Shown one piece after another: positions 24,554-36,500 of a stretch of 64,000 bases of DNA. The first letter of the stretch is position 1. The number at the start of each line of letters is the position of its first letter. Made by a program: the position numbers and the translations under genes. The notes below the pieces were generated by a model that ran no database searches, was not told where the DNA came from, and was given only the letters and a program-made list of their open reading frames with translations. This DNA is from Dendrobates tinctorius (taxonomy: Eukaryota), in the NCBI RefSeq assembly GCF_039654945.1, contig NW_027361725.1, positions 17,856,001 to 17,920,000 of the forward strand, in the 5' to 3' direction.

Positions 24554-27500
24554 TATTATGAACTCATTTTCGGCTCCACCAGTTGAGAGTTCCCCTTCCG
24601 TTCTCCCTCTGGTGGTGACAGGAGGTAGTGAGGTTGGTTTAATTGGTAGTGATCTGCCACCTGATGAGGAAGATAACGATTGGATCTCTGGAGTATGAGA
24701 CTAGATATGACAGCCGACGCCCTATCCGGGTGCTGGTGATTCAGTCTGCTTCTCAGGTCCTGGACTTCAGCTCTCTTCCAGTCTTCTCAAGTTAAGTTTG
24801 TTTTTTGCTAATGTTCACACTTGCGCTTGTTGGTCAATTCAGTTTCTTGTGTAATCAGCCTGCCCCTGCTGGGGCTATGCTGAATTTTCACTCCTATTTA
24901 TCAGTATTTGCCAATCTGTTTTTTGTCCCTTATTAGATTGGCCTCTTTTTGCTCTGTCTCAGAATATTTCAGAGTGCTGATATAGGTGTTGAAGTCTAGT
25001 GGCTTCAGGGTTAATTTTGGTATCAGAAGTGTTGGACAATATTTTTGTAGGTTCCTTTCCTGTCCTTTTTAGTAAGCCGGGCCCCATCGTTTGCTCAGCC
25101 TATTTTCCTGCCTTTGTTTGTATTTTCATCTTGCTTCACCGTCAATACTTGTGGGGGGCTGTCTTTCCTTTGGGGTCTGCTCTGGGGCAGTTAGTTTTCC
25201 TCTTTTCCTGCTTTAGGCTTATGTAGCTCTCCGGTTGTGACGAGGCGTCTAGGACCATCGTAGGAACGCTCCACGACTGCTGCTAGTTGCGCGGTTAAGA
25301 TCAGGGATCTGCATTCTGCATAGTTACCAACTTCTCTGGTTTTCTGAGACTTAGCTTGTTGTCTTTTTTTTTCCCTCCTCGGTGACCCATTCATAACATA
25401 ATCACCAGCCATACAGCAGATTCTAGGGTACTCAAAAGCAGGAAGGAATTGTTAAAGAAAAAAGAAAAAAAAAGTGTCAGAATTTTTATTTTTTTTTTAT
25501 TTTTTTATGTATTTTTTCCTCTTTTTCTCTGGGGCCGCAGGAGGATTTTTTTTTCCTAATGGAGATTAAGCAACTGTCTGATCGTGTGGAGCAGCTTGCT
25601 GCTGAAGTACAGGGAATTTCCACCTACCATATTCAGTCACATGCTGCTGAACCCAAGATTCCTACTCCTGATGTGTTTTCTGGGGATCGGTCTAAATTTC
25701 TTAATTTTAAGAATAATTGTAAATTATTTCATGCTTTGAATCCTAACTCATTGGGGAGCTCTGTGCAGCAGGTTAAAATTGTCATCTCCTTGCTGCGCGG
25801 CGATCCCCAAGATTGGGCTTTTTCTCTGACACCTGAAAATCTTATTTTGACTAATGTGGATGCATTTTTTCAGGCCTTGGGGCTGTTGTATGATGAACCT
25901 AATGCCGTTGATCAAGCTGAGAGAACCCTGTTGGCATTAAACCAGGGTCAGGATCCTGCAGAGTTGTACTGTCAAAGATTCCGAAAGTGGGCGGTCCTTA
26001 CTACATGGAATGATAGTGCATTGGCAGCTCTCTTTCGGAAACGTTTGTCAGAGACTGTAAAAGATGTTATGGTGGGATTTCCTGTTCCCTCTGGTCTGGA
26101 CGTCTCTATGTCATTAGCCATTCAAGTTGATCGGCGTTTACATGAATGTAAAACTACACGGGAGGTGCTGCCACCTTTTGAACAAATGTCTGAACCTATG
26201 CAATGTGATGGGGTTTTGTCTAGGGCGCAACGTCGGGAGTTTAGAAGGCGCAATAAGCTGTGTTTTTTCTGTGGAGGCGCCTCGCATACTATTTCTGTCT
26301 GCCCTAAACGAGAGAAACGTTTTGCACACACATTTGCTGTGGGCAGTATACAACCTAAGTTCCTTTTGGCAATTACTCTGATCTGCTCCTTGTCCACATT
26401 TTCCACTAAGGCTTTTGTGGATTCAGGAGCAGCTCTGAATCTGATGGATTTAGACTTTGCTAAACATTGTGGTTTGTCCATGACACCTCTGCAGATGCCT
26501 ATTCCTTTGAGGGGTATTGATGCCACTCCTTTGGCGGAGAATAAACCTCAGTTTTGGACCCAGGTGATAATGCGAGTTGCCCCAGACCACCAAGAAAATT
26601 GTAAATTTTTGGTGCTGCATAATTTGCATGATACTATTGTTCTGGGGTTCCCCTGGTTGCAAACTCATAACCCAGTTTTGGATTGGAAATCTGTGTCTGT
26701 GGTGAGTTGGGGTTGTCAGTGTGTTCTTAGGGACGCTCCTGTTTTCTCCACCTCTCCTCAGTCTCATGATATTCCTGATTATCTTGCTGATTTATCTGAT
26801 GTTTTTACTGAGAGTAAGTCTGCGTCTTTGCCTCCTCATAGGAGTTAGGACTGTGCAATTGAGTTGATGCCTGGGTGTAAATTTCCCAAGGGTCGGCTTT
26901 TCAACTTATCTGTCCCCGAACATGATGCTATGCGATCCTATATTAAGGAGTCATTGGAGAAGGGTCATATTAGACCATCCTCGTCACCTTTAGGCGCTGG
27001 TTTTCTTTTTGTGGCCAAGAAAGATGGTTCATTAAGACCGTGTATTGATTATCGTTCCCTTATCAAGATGACAGTTAAATATCAGTACCCGTTACCTCTG
27101 ATGTCTGATTTATTCTCCAGAGTTAAGAATGCCTGCTGGTTTACTAAGCTTGACCTCAGGTGGGCGTATAATCTTATTCGCATCAAGCACGGGGATGAAT
27201 GGAAGATGGCGTTTAATACTCCGGAGGGACATTTTGAGTACCTGGTGATGCCTTTTGGGCTCTCTAATGCCCCTTCTATCTTCCAGTGCTTTATGAATGA
27301 TATTTTCCGAGACTTTGTGGATAAGTTTTTGATCATCTATATGGATGATATTTTGATCTTCCCTAGTGATTGGGATTCCCATGTGGAACATGTCTGGACT
27401 GTGTTCCGGATTTTGAGGGAGAATTCCCTGTTTATTAAGGGATCGAAGTGCCTCTTTGGTGTACAGAGGATTTCATTTTTGGGATTTATCTTGTCTCCAT

Positions 27501-30473
27501 CGACTATTGAAATGGACCCAGCCAAGGTACAGGCCATTTATGATGGGGTTCAGCCTACTTCTTTGAAGGCTCTCCAGAAGTTTTTGGGTTTTTCTAATTT
27601 CTATCGTAAAATTTCTAGGTAATTTTCTAGTATTATCAAACCACTGACTGATCTGACCAAGAAGGGAGCTGATGTGCTGAATTGGTCTCCTGAGGCTGTC
27701 TCAGCATTTCAGGAGCTTATGCGGGGATTTACTTCAGCTCCAGTTTTACGGCAACCTGATGTCTCACTTCCATTTCAAGTGGAGGTGGACGCTTCTGAGA
27801 TTGGTGCAGGAGCTGTTTTGTCCCAAAAAGACCCTGTGACTTCTAAGATGAATCCCTGTGCCTTCTTTTCTCGAAAGTTTTCCCCATCTGAACGCAACTA
27901 TGACGTGGGGAATCGGGAATTATTGGCCATGAAATGGGCATTTGAGGAGTGGAGACATTGGTTGGAGGGAGCTAGACATCAATTTGTGATCCTCACCGAT
28001 CACAAGAATCTGATTTATCTGGAGTCGGCCAAACGCTTGAATCCTAGACAGGCTAGATGGGCCTTGTTTTTCACGCGTTTTAATTTTTTGGTCTCTTTTC
28101 TTCCGGGCACTAAGAATGTTAAGGCAGATGCCTTTTCTAGGAGTTTCTTTGCTGATTCTCTTAATGTGACCGAGCCTACTACTATCCTAGGTGAGGGGGT
28201 AGTTCTTTCTGCCATTCCGCCCGATTTGAGACGCACCCTGGAGGAATTTCAGGAGGATAAACCTGAGCGTTGCCCTACAGGAAGATTGCATGTTCCTGAC
28301 CAGTGGAGAAAGAGAGTGATGTCTGAAGTCCATTGCTCCGCATTGGCTGGTCATCCGGGTATTTTTGGTACCAGAGATTTGGTGAGTCGGTCGTTTTGGT
28401 GGCCTGCCTTATCTCGTGATGTCAGGAATTTTGTACAGTCCTGTGGGACTTGTTCTCGGTCTAAACCCTGTTCTCGTTCTAGTGGGTTGCTGATGCCCCT
28501 GCCGGTGCCCAAGAGGCCATGGACCCATATCTCAATGGATTTTATTTCTGATCTTCCTGTCTCTCAGAGAATGACTGTTATCTGGGTGATTTGTGATAGG
28601 TTTTCGAAGATGGTCCATCTTGTACCACTCCCAAAGTTTCCATCTTCCGCTGAGTTGGTGCCCTTGTTTTTACAACAGGTGTTTCGGTTACACGGGATTC
28701 CTGAGAACATTGTGTCCGATAGAGGGGTCCAGTTTGTCTCCGGATTCTGGAAAGCCTTTTGCTCCAATCTGGGAATTCAGTTATCCTTCTCCTCCGCGTT
28801 TCATCCCCAGACCAATGGGCAGACTGAAAGAACAAACCACACACTGGAGTCTTATTTAAGATGTTTAATATCTGCTGATCAAGATGATTGGGTCTCATTT
28901 TTGCCCTTGGCCGAATTTGCGCTGAACAGTAGAGCTAGTTCTGCCACTCTGATGTCACCCTTTTTCTGTAATTTTGGGTTTCATCCTCGATTCTCTTCAG
29001 GGCAAGTGGAATCTTCGTCCTGCCCAGGTGTGGATAATGCAGCAGATATGGGACCAAGTGGTGGATAAGTTGTCACTCTCTCAGGAAAAGGCCCTGCGTT
29101 TTTCCAACCGGCGTAGGACCATTGGTCCCCGGTTTAAAGTGGGTGATATGGTTTGGTTGTCGTCTAAGAATATTCCTATGAAGGTTGCATCTCCAAAATT
29201 TAAGCCAAGATTTATTGGACCTTATAATATTTTGGAGATTCTTAATCCTGTTTCTTTTCGATTGGCTCTTCCAGTTACGTTCAAAATCCATAACGTATTT
29301 CACAAGTCACTGTTGAAGAGGTTTGTTGAGCCAGTAGTTCCTGTGGCGGCACCTCCTGATCCTGTATTGGTTAAAGGCAATGTGGAATATGAGGTAGAGA
29401 AAATATTGGATTCTCGTTTGGTTGGACGGAGACTCCAGTATTTGGTCAAATGGAAGGGTTATGGCCAGGAGGATAATTCTTGGGTCTCTGCCTCTGATAT
29501 TCATGCCAATAAATTGGTTCGTGATTTTCACCGGGCCCATCCTGATCGGCCTGGTGGCATGGATGAGGGTTCGGTGACCCCTCCTCAAGGGGGGGTACTT
29601 TTATGAACTCATTTTTGGCTCCACCAGTTGAGAGTTCCCCTTCTGTTCTCTCTCTGGTGGTGACAGGAGGTAGTGAGGTTGGTTTAAGTGGTAGTGATCT
29701 GCCACCTGATGAGGAAGATAACGATTGGATCTCTGGAGTGTCAGACTGGATATAAGACAGCCGACACCCTATCCGGGTGCTGGTGATTCAGTCTGCTTTT
29801 CAGGTCCTGGCCTTCAGCTTTCTTCCAGTCTTCTCAAGTTAAGTTTGCTTTTTGCTAATGTTCACACTTGCGCTTGTTGGTCAATTCAGTTTCTTGTGTA
29901 ATCAGCCTGCCCCTGCTGGGGCTATGCTGAATTTTCACTCCTATTTATCAGTATTTGCCAATCTGCTTTTTGTCCCTTATTAGATTGGCCTCTTTTTGCT
30001 CTGTCTCAGAATATTTCAGAGTGCTGATATAGGTGTTGGAAGTCTAGTGACTTCAGGGTTAATTTTGGTATCAGAAGTGTTGGACAATATTTTTGTAGGT
30101 TTTTTTGGCAGATTGCAGACAGTGTCTTTCCTTTCCTGTCCTTTTTAGTTAGCCGGGCCACATCGTTTGCTCAGCCTATTTTCCTGCCTTTGTTTGTATT
30201 TTCATCTTGCTTTACCGTCAATACATGTGGGGGGCTGTCTTTCCTTTGGGGTCTGCTCTGGGGCAGTTAGTTTTCCTCTTTTCCTGCTTTAGGCTTATGT
30301 AGCTCTCCGGTTGTGACGAGGCGTCTAGGACCATTGTAGGAACGCTCCACTACTGCTGCTAGTTGCGCGGTTAAGATCAGGGATCTGCATTCTGCATAGT
30401 TACCAACTTCTCTGGTTTTCTGAGACTTAGCTTGTTGTCTTTTTTTCCCCTCCTTGGTGACCCATTCATAACA
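24554..30473 (+). mobile_element. Full-length Ty3/Gypsy chromovirus (Tf1/sushi-like), element 1
   Basis: LTRs 24554-25398 and 29599-30473; TSD GAGGAG; PPT AAGGGGGGG near 29587-29595; gag-PR-RT-RH-IN-chromo order. Confidence 0.95.
25559..29606 (+). pseudogene. gag-pol polyprotein of element 1, disrupted
   Basis: CFFCGGASHTISVC knuckle, FVDSGA protease, YMDD RT, VDAS RNase H, HHCC/DDE integrase, GPY motif, chromodomain YEVEKILDSR..YLVKWKGY; stops at ~26846 and ~27620, frameshift near 29035. Confidence 0.93.
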
Positions 30474-31539
30474 GAGGAGCTACTCGGCTCTGAACTGCTG
30501 TGGTCAGTATGAATTTCTGACATCATTATCTCTTCTTGGACTGTGTCTGTTGGGCTGCGAAGCTGGACTTGTGCAGGACTTTTCAGCTTAAAAGGTACAT
30601 ATAGAGACCTTCCCCTATTAATGCTCCACCTGTGTATTTCTGGACTTCCACGATAAAGTGCCGGGCGCACTTGTGATCATATTCTTGCTAGACTCCCACA
30701 TTTAAGTACTGTGTGCATTTTCACTATGTTATGGCTGAACTCCCACGTTTAAGTACTGTGTGCATTCTCACTAATATTATTTCTGGTCTTCCACGTTTAA
30801 GTGCTGTGTGCACTCCTGTGTCATATTACTGCTGGACTGGTTCATATTAGTGGTCTCTCCCTGCTATTCAGTTTGCTGATTATTTATATATTGTGCTGAG
30901 CACTTCGTTACTATTGCAGGAAGATCTCTGTTAGATTCTGTTCAATTTCTTACTTTGTTAACTACACTTGTTTTCCTCAGCTTTGGTCTCAGTTCCGATT
31001 TATCTCACACAACAGATTCCATATTACCCACATAATTGTTACAAAATGGTTCAATGACAATGAAGTAGAGTTGCTGGATTATCCCCCACAGTACCCAGAC
31101 CTCAACCCAATCGAACATTTGTGGGTAAAGTTGAATATAGAACTGTATGCATACCCAAGTGAATTGAACAGTGTGGGAACGTGTAGAAAAGATCTGGGAT
31201 CAGATTTTGTCCGAGACATGCTTGAATTTGATTGAGAACATGCAAGGATGGATTCAGACAGTGTTGAAAGCCAAACACAAAATACTAACGAAATAAAAAA
31301 ATTTAATTTAGATTTTTAGGAGCAAAAGAGTAATAATACAGTAACATGACAAGAATCAGCATAACATATCATATTCTAAATAGTTTCAAGTCAAATTTAT
31401 ATATGAGTAAAACAAGATGGTTTTCTGTAAAATTATGGTAGTCTCATGGTCGAAGCAGTAGTGAATGGTGAGATATGAAGCCTGAAAGTCAAAAGTTCAA
31501 AACATTGTTACCCTTTTGCTCGTCAGTGTACTTTAGGAT

Positions 31540-32250
31540 AGAAACTCTAGTGGAAAATATGCGTAATGAGGTTAACAACTGGCTCAGAGATAGGTAACAA
31601 AAGGTGGTTATTAATGAACATGTGGCTGAGGAATTAAAATGTATTTTTAAATGGTGAAACTGTCACTGAAAAAACTTGGGCGTATGGGTGGACAGAAAAC
31701 TCTGTTTTGGTGACCAATTCCATGCAGCTTCTGCCAAGAAAAGTAAAATAAATAACAGTATACATTAAAAGAGCCATAGACACTCATGACAACAACACAG
31801 TTTTCCCTCCATACAAGACACTATTGTGGCCACATTTAGAATACTGTGAACAATTTTGTGCTTCAATGTATAAAAAGTTCAAAACTGAACTAGAGTGGGT
31901 GCAGAGAAGACCGACCAAGGTTATTAAAAGAATAAACTGCAGTTCCAAGACAGGTTATCAAATCTAGGGTTATTTTGGATGGAAAAATGAAGTGGAGATT
32001 TTACAAAATGATCAATTATATGACTGGACACTAACATGATCTTTCTAATGATTTTTCTACATCTAGGCATGCAACACTGACAAGGCGGAATCTGCTAAAT
32101 GTATAGAAAAAAAGGTTTAATCATCAACACAAATTCAGATTTTTTTACTGTATGAACAGTGAAATTATGGAACTATCTCCCACATGATGTCGCAATGGTT
32201 GATTCACTACAAAAAAGTTGAAAGGGAGCTTAGATGCCTTTATTGAGATA
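31540..32250 (+). mobile_element. Old degraded CR1 ORF2 3' fragment
   Basis: NWLRDR*QKVVIN, YKTLLWPHLEYCEQF and VQRRPTKVIK remnants. Confidence 0.7.
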
Positions 32251-32252
32251 TA

Positions 32253-32991
32253 CAGTTGTGTAAAAAAGTGTTTTTCCCTTTCCTAATTTTCTATACTTTT
32301 GCATGCTTGTCACACTTAAATTTTACAGATCACAAACAAATTTAAATATTAGACAAAGAGAACACAAGTAAACACCAAATGCAGTTTTTAAATGCAGGTC
32401 TTTATTACTAAGGGAAAAATAAATCCAAACCTACAGGGCCCTGTGTGAAAAAGTGTTGGCAGCGGATTATTCAGGATACTTTGCAAGTGTGTGACAACAG
32501 AGCTTCTTTATTCAGGAACAAACAGGAACAATATATGATAAACTTAATAGATCAAGAATAAATCATTTGTGTGTCTCTATCTGTGCAGTATCTACAGCAG
32601 ACTGCTTCTCTCATAGTCAGACACAGGAAAAACAAGAAATACAGTCACATGCTCTCCCTGTGTGAGCTTCTGGGAGTTTTTTTTTTCTAAGTTTATAAAC
32701 AGCATACAAATCCATTAACTAAACACTCATAGACAGGAATGGAGTTGTTGCACCAAACATATTCCAACAAAAAGTGATTGCCCCCTAAACCTAATAACTG
32801 GTTGAGTCACCCTTAGCAGCAACAACAGCAATCAAATATTTGAGAAAACTGACAATGAGTCTTTTAGAAATCTCTGGAGGTATTTTGGCCCACTCATCTT
32901 TGCAGAATTGTTGTAATTCAGCCATATTGGAGGGTTTCCGACCATGAACCGCCTTTTTAAGGTTAAGCCACAGCATCTCATTGGAATTAAG
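32253..32991 (-). mobile_element. Tc1 element 3' part (long TIR + transposase C-terminus)
   Basis: TA-CAGTTGTG..AAAAGTG terminus; EMLWLNLKKAVHGRKPSNMAELQQFCKDEWAKIPP...AAKGDSTSY. Confidence 0.85.
32454..32769. mobile_element. 316-bp solo LTR (Copia-like termini)
   Basis: TGTTGG...CCAACA with 5-bp TSD AAAAG (32449-32453 / 32770-32774). Confidence 0.8.
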
Positions 32992-33259
32992 AGCCTTTCG
33001 TGCCCTTAATAGTAACACGGAGGACAGTAAAGACTAAGAACTGATAAGGAAAAGAAGGATCCTCCAAACACAAAAAAGTGTCTAAAAAGTATTGATTTTT
33101 AATAAACAATTATTTAAAAAAAAGGACATAAATAAAACAAAAGAGATGGTAACACATACTAACAGAAAATGAAAAATACACTATGCAGAGGTAATAGTAA
33201 GAATCACTTCATTAATAAGGGTTTATACATATTGAGCCTGTAAACTAGTAAGTACCTAA
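32868..33259. repeat. 392-bp direct repeat, copy A
   Basis: Colinear with 34843-35234 at offset 1975; about 7 substitutions by eye. Confidence 0.97.
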
Positions 33260-34413
33260 CAAAGCACAATACAGGCGAAGCAGGGCACTGGCTTTGACTA
33301 CGTGCTCCTCTTAGAGTCCACAATAGACAGGTCCTCCAAGGTCAATGTCTCCACACTTTGATATCTGTGGTTTTTTCTCAGTTGGAAGGATGCTCATTAA
33401 CTCAGAGAGGAGCTCTGCCTCATTTGCCACAGAACCGAGCTGCTGTTTTCTCGTCTTCTCAGTTGACCATTGCGAATAAAGGTGCCAAACCAGGTCCTAA
33501 CTTTTGCATTGGTCCCAAGGAGTAGCCCGCTTACAAAGCACACCATGTTGCTCACACCACCATCACCAGCCTCATTTTTGGTATGGTCCAAGGTCAAAGC
33601 TACACCAAGCCCTGGAAGGTGACATTCCTCTACCACCATGCCTCAAACTTTCAGGGCTTGTGATGGATTCATCTTGCACAGTTGTCGGAGAGCTTCAGTT
33701 CTGCGCCTCCCTCCAGTACTTTCTTCATCTTGACGTTCTCCATTTTTTATCAAGCTCCTACAAACTTCATTAAAGCTGTCTGGAACATTGGCGACCAGCA
33801 AACAAAGGAACCAAGCTCCATTGCGAACATGAAGGAGAGCTTCAGCCATGTCCGTGATAGGCAGCAGTGTGTGCAGCTCAGCTTGTAAAATGCAGAGTAC
33901 ATCCACAGCTTCCTCTATGTGCACAGGACTTTCAAAGAGCTCTGATGACTTCAGGAAATATTCACCATTAGAATCGGCCACCTTATTGATTATTGCCAGT
34001 AGCTCACTGAGCACTAGTTGTAATCGACGAGGAGAATCGCTGTGCTCAAACTCCAAAGTCAAGCCATGCTGAAGTTGGGACACAAGGATACTTTCTCCCG
34101 TACCTCCCCCAAGCTTATGTCTAAGTTGTTGTTCTTTGTTGGCATCCTGCTCTAATGCATGGAAATCTACAGAGAGCAAGGCCACAATGGAATTAACAGC
34201 CTCTACTCCTGACAGTAGCCGGAGAAGCAACTTTTTGTCCTGAGCCCAACTTTGGCTCTGGTCAGCAGGGGCACACAAGGCCATGCGGACCAGACATGGT
34301 AGTAGCAGTCTCAGCTCGGGATCACTCAAGGCAGCCAACCGTACTACATCCACTTTCTGCATTGCTTCAAATGCATAAGGGCTGACATACTGAAGACATG
34401 AACTCTCACCCAT
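33260..34413 (-). pseudogene. INTS2: Processed (intronless) pseudogene of Integrator complex subunit 2, N-terminal ~385 codons
   Basis: AFEAMQKVDVVRLAALSDPELRLLLPCLVRMALCAPADQSQSWAQDKK...VVEECHLPGLGVALTLDH...EEHVVKASALLRLYCAL; stops at 33643 and 33311, frameshift near 33415; no introns, no poly(A). Confidence 0.93.
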
Positions 34414-34842
34414 TGTACTTACTCATGATCAATTCAGCCACACAAACGTGTTCTCTAAGCAGGAGTGCTGAAGTCGCTGCCGGCACCTTTGGTAGGGGCT
34501 TATCTGGAACGCCTTTCCTTATAAGAGTATGTGCACACAACGTCCTTTTCTGGTAGGTGCAGAACGGAACACTCCTGATACGTCCAGGGGCCCTGGGAGG
34601 CCGGTGTGTGTGTGTCCGGTGCTCCCCCCCGGAGACGGGACACGCACTCAGTGCGCTTGCACTACAGCCCAGGGCAGTGCAGCGCTCGGGTGCTGGATAG
34701 AATGAGCGCAGCTACGGGACACATCACGTGTTCTATCAGTATGGTCACTATTGGATCACTGTGGTAATACAGTGCCCGGAACATAGGACCTAGGGTGAAT
34801 GTGCGCCAAGGGACCGGAAGTAGGTAGCAGTCGCAGCGGTGC
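34414..34842 (-). promoter_or_regulatory. Putative INTS2 5' leader / promoter-proximal CpG-rich segment with an ETS motif
   Basis: Contiguous with the INTS2 ATG; GC/CpG-rich; ACCGGAAGT at 34813-34821, 21 bp from the insert boundary. Confidence 0.5.
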
Positions 34843-35234
34843 AAATCTCTGAAGGTATTTTGGCCCACTCATCTTTGCAGAATTGTTGGAATTCAGCCAT
34901 ATTGGAGGGTTTCCGACCATGAACCGCCTTTTTAAGGTTAAGCCACAGCATCTCATTGGAATTAAGAGCCTTTCGTGCCCTTAATAGTAACTCGGAGGAC
35001 AGTAAAGACGAAGAACTGATAAGGAAAAGAAGGATCCTCCAAACACAAAATAGTGTCTAAAAAGTATTGATTTTTAATAAACAATTATTTAAAAAAAAGG
35101 ACATAAATAAAACAAAAGAGATGGTAACACATACTAACAGAAAATGAAAAATACACTATGCCGAGGTAATAGTAAGAATCACTTCATTAATAAGGGTTTA
35201 TGCATATTGAGCCTGTAAACTAGTAAGTACCTAA
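34843..35234. repeat. 392-bp direct repeat, copy B
   Basis: Matches 32868-33259. Confidence 0.97.
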
Positions 35235-35605
35235 TATTGATGATGGAAATATATGCTGCAGTTCTAATCACACTAGCATAATGAAGATACAAGACAGTAA
35301 GGGTTAATATGCAATAAACAAAGTGCTGAGTATTTAATACATGTATATGATGCTGGAAGATGCTGGAGACTGTCCCAGGTGAGTGGTGCAAACCAGACAG
35401 ATTGGATATTAAAAATAAGGCTATAATAGCATGATTCCAAACTATCTGGTAGCAGACAGACCAGGGGCAGTGAAACAAATATGGTTTACTAAGAAGATAT
35501 CTAAGCAACACTCACTATAGGCATACAGACAGGCATATTTACCAGAGCTACAACCCGCAACAGTGGACCACCTTAACACATGTTTTGGCAGTTCTTCCTC
35601 AGATG
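34967..35605 (-). mobile_element. Penelope-like terminal-repeat relic
   Basis: Minus strand begins CTGAGGAAG-AACTGCC-AAAA-CATGTGT (decayed hammerhead-like, 35574-35602), followed by an AT-rich tail that abuts the Tc1 sequence. Confidence 0.45.
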
Positions 35606-36500
35606 CAGCTCTCCCAAAGTTCTCCTTGGAGAGGAGAATGTGTCAGTACCCTTTCGTTAGGTTCAGGATGGTTATGTATTTGGCTGACCTTAGCCTCTCA
35701 ATGAGTTCATCAACACAGGGCATCGGCTATGTGTCAAATTTGGACACTTCATTGAGTTTTAATAGTCATTACAGAAACAACATTTTCCATCAGGCTTTGG
35801 CACAAGGACAGTTGGGTTGGATAAGCCTCTCTTTGACTCCTGGAATGATTCCCAGGCTCAACATCCTGCTCACCTCCTTTGAAATCACCTCGCGGTGTGC
35901 TTTGGGGATTCCATACGACACATGTGGTTACATCAGGATTCCATGCTCCACAACCTGTACCTGTCCTAGCCACTCGGGAAACAGGTCCCTCAGTTGAATG
36001 AATGATGAGATCCCGTTGGGGCCTGTGGAACTTCCCTAATAGCGAACTAGACGTATGGGAGTAGGCAATCTCAACCATCCTTTTCCATGACCTTCTTAAG
36101 CATGGACTTCAAGATCTTATTGAACCTCTCCAGCAGACTATGTGTGTGCAGATGATACACCTGAGTTGTGTAATCTGGAGAAACTTATATAACACCCTCA
36201 TTACCTTGGACATGAATGGCATGGTTGGTCCATCAGGATCTCCTTTGGCAGGTCTGTTTGAGAGAAAATATGAACTACCTCTTGGGCTATACTCCTGGCC
36301 GAGGAGTTTCTCAGTGGTATCGCACAATGTATATATAGAAGGGAGCACTATTGTCAAACCGCAATATCTAATGGAGTACAATACCTAGCCTAAGAGGGGA
36401 TCCAAAAACCCTGAAAAGAAGAGTAAACCATTACAGGGGTCGTTCCTCCCCATATCAGCACACATACCAGACCAGATGGAAATAAATATGGAGACCATAT

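Larger units (their letters stand above)
24256..31043 (+). mobile_element. Solo LTR (~860 bp net) split by a full-length chromovirus
   Basis: TGTAA...TTACA termini; 5-bp TSD AAATG (24251-24255 / 31044-31048); ~47-bp internal repeats at 30640-30820; strand tentative. Confidence 0.8.
23194..31528 (+). mobile_element. Complete but decayed Tc1 element hosting nested LTR insertions
   Basis: TA-CACTGATGAGAAAAAGGGTAAC ... GTTACCCTTTTGCTCGTCAGTG-TA; transposase remnants VFQQ..KH and PPQYPDLNPIEHLW on either side of the insertion. Confidence 0.9.

Noticed and set aside
25399-25420. tRNA primer-binding site
   Set aside because: Does not begin with TGG; better explained by self-priming complementarity
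33643-34413. Functional INTS2 gene
   Set aside because: Intronless, two stops and a frameshift, covers only about the first third of the protein
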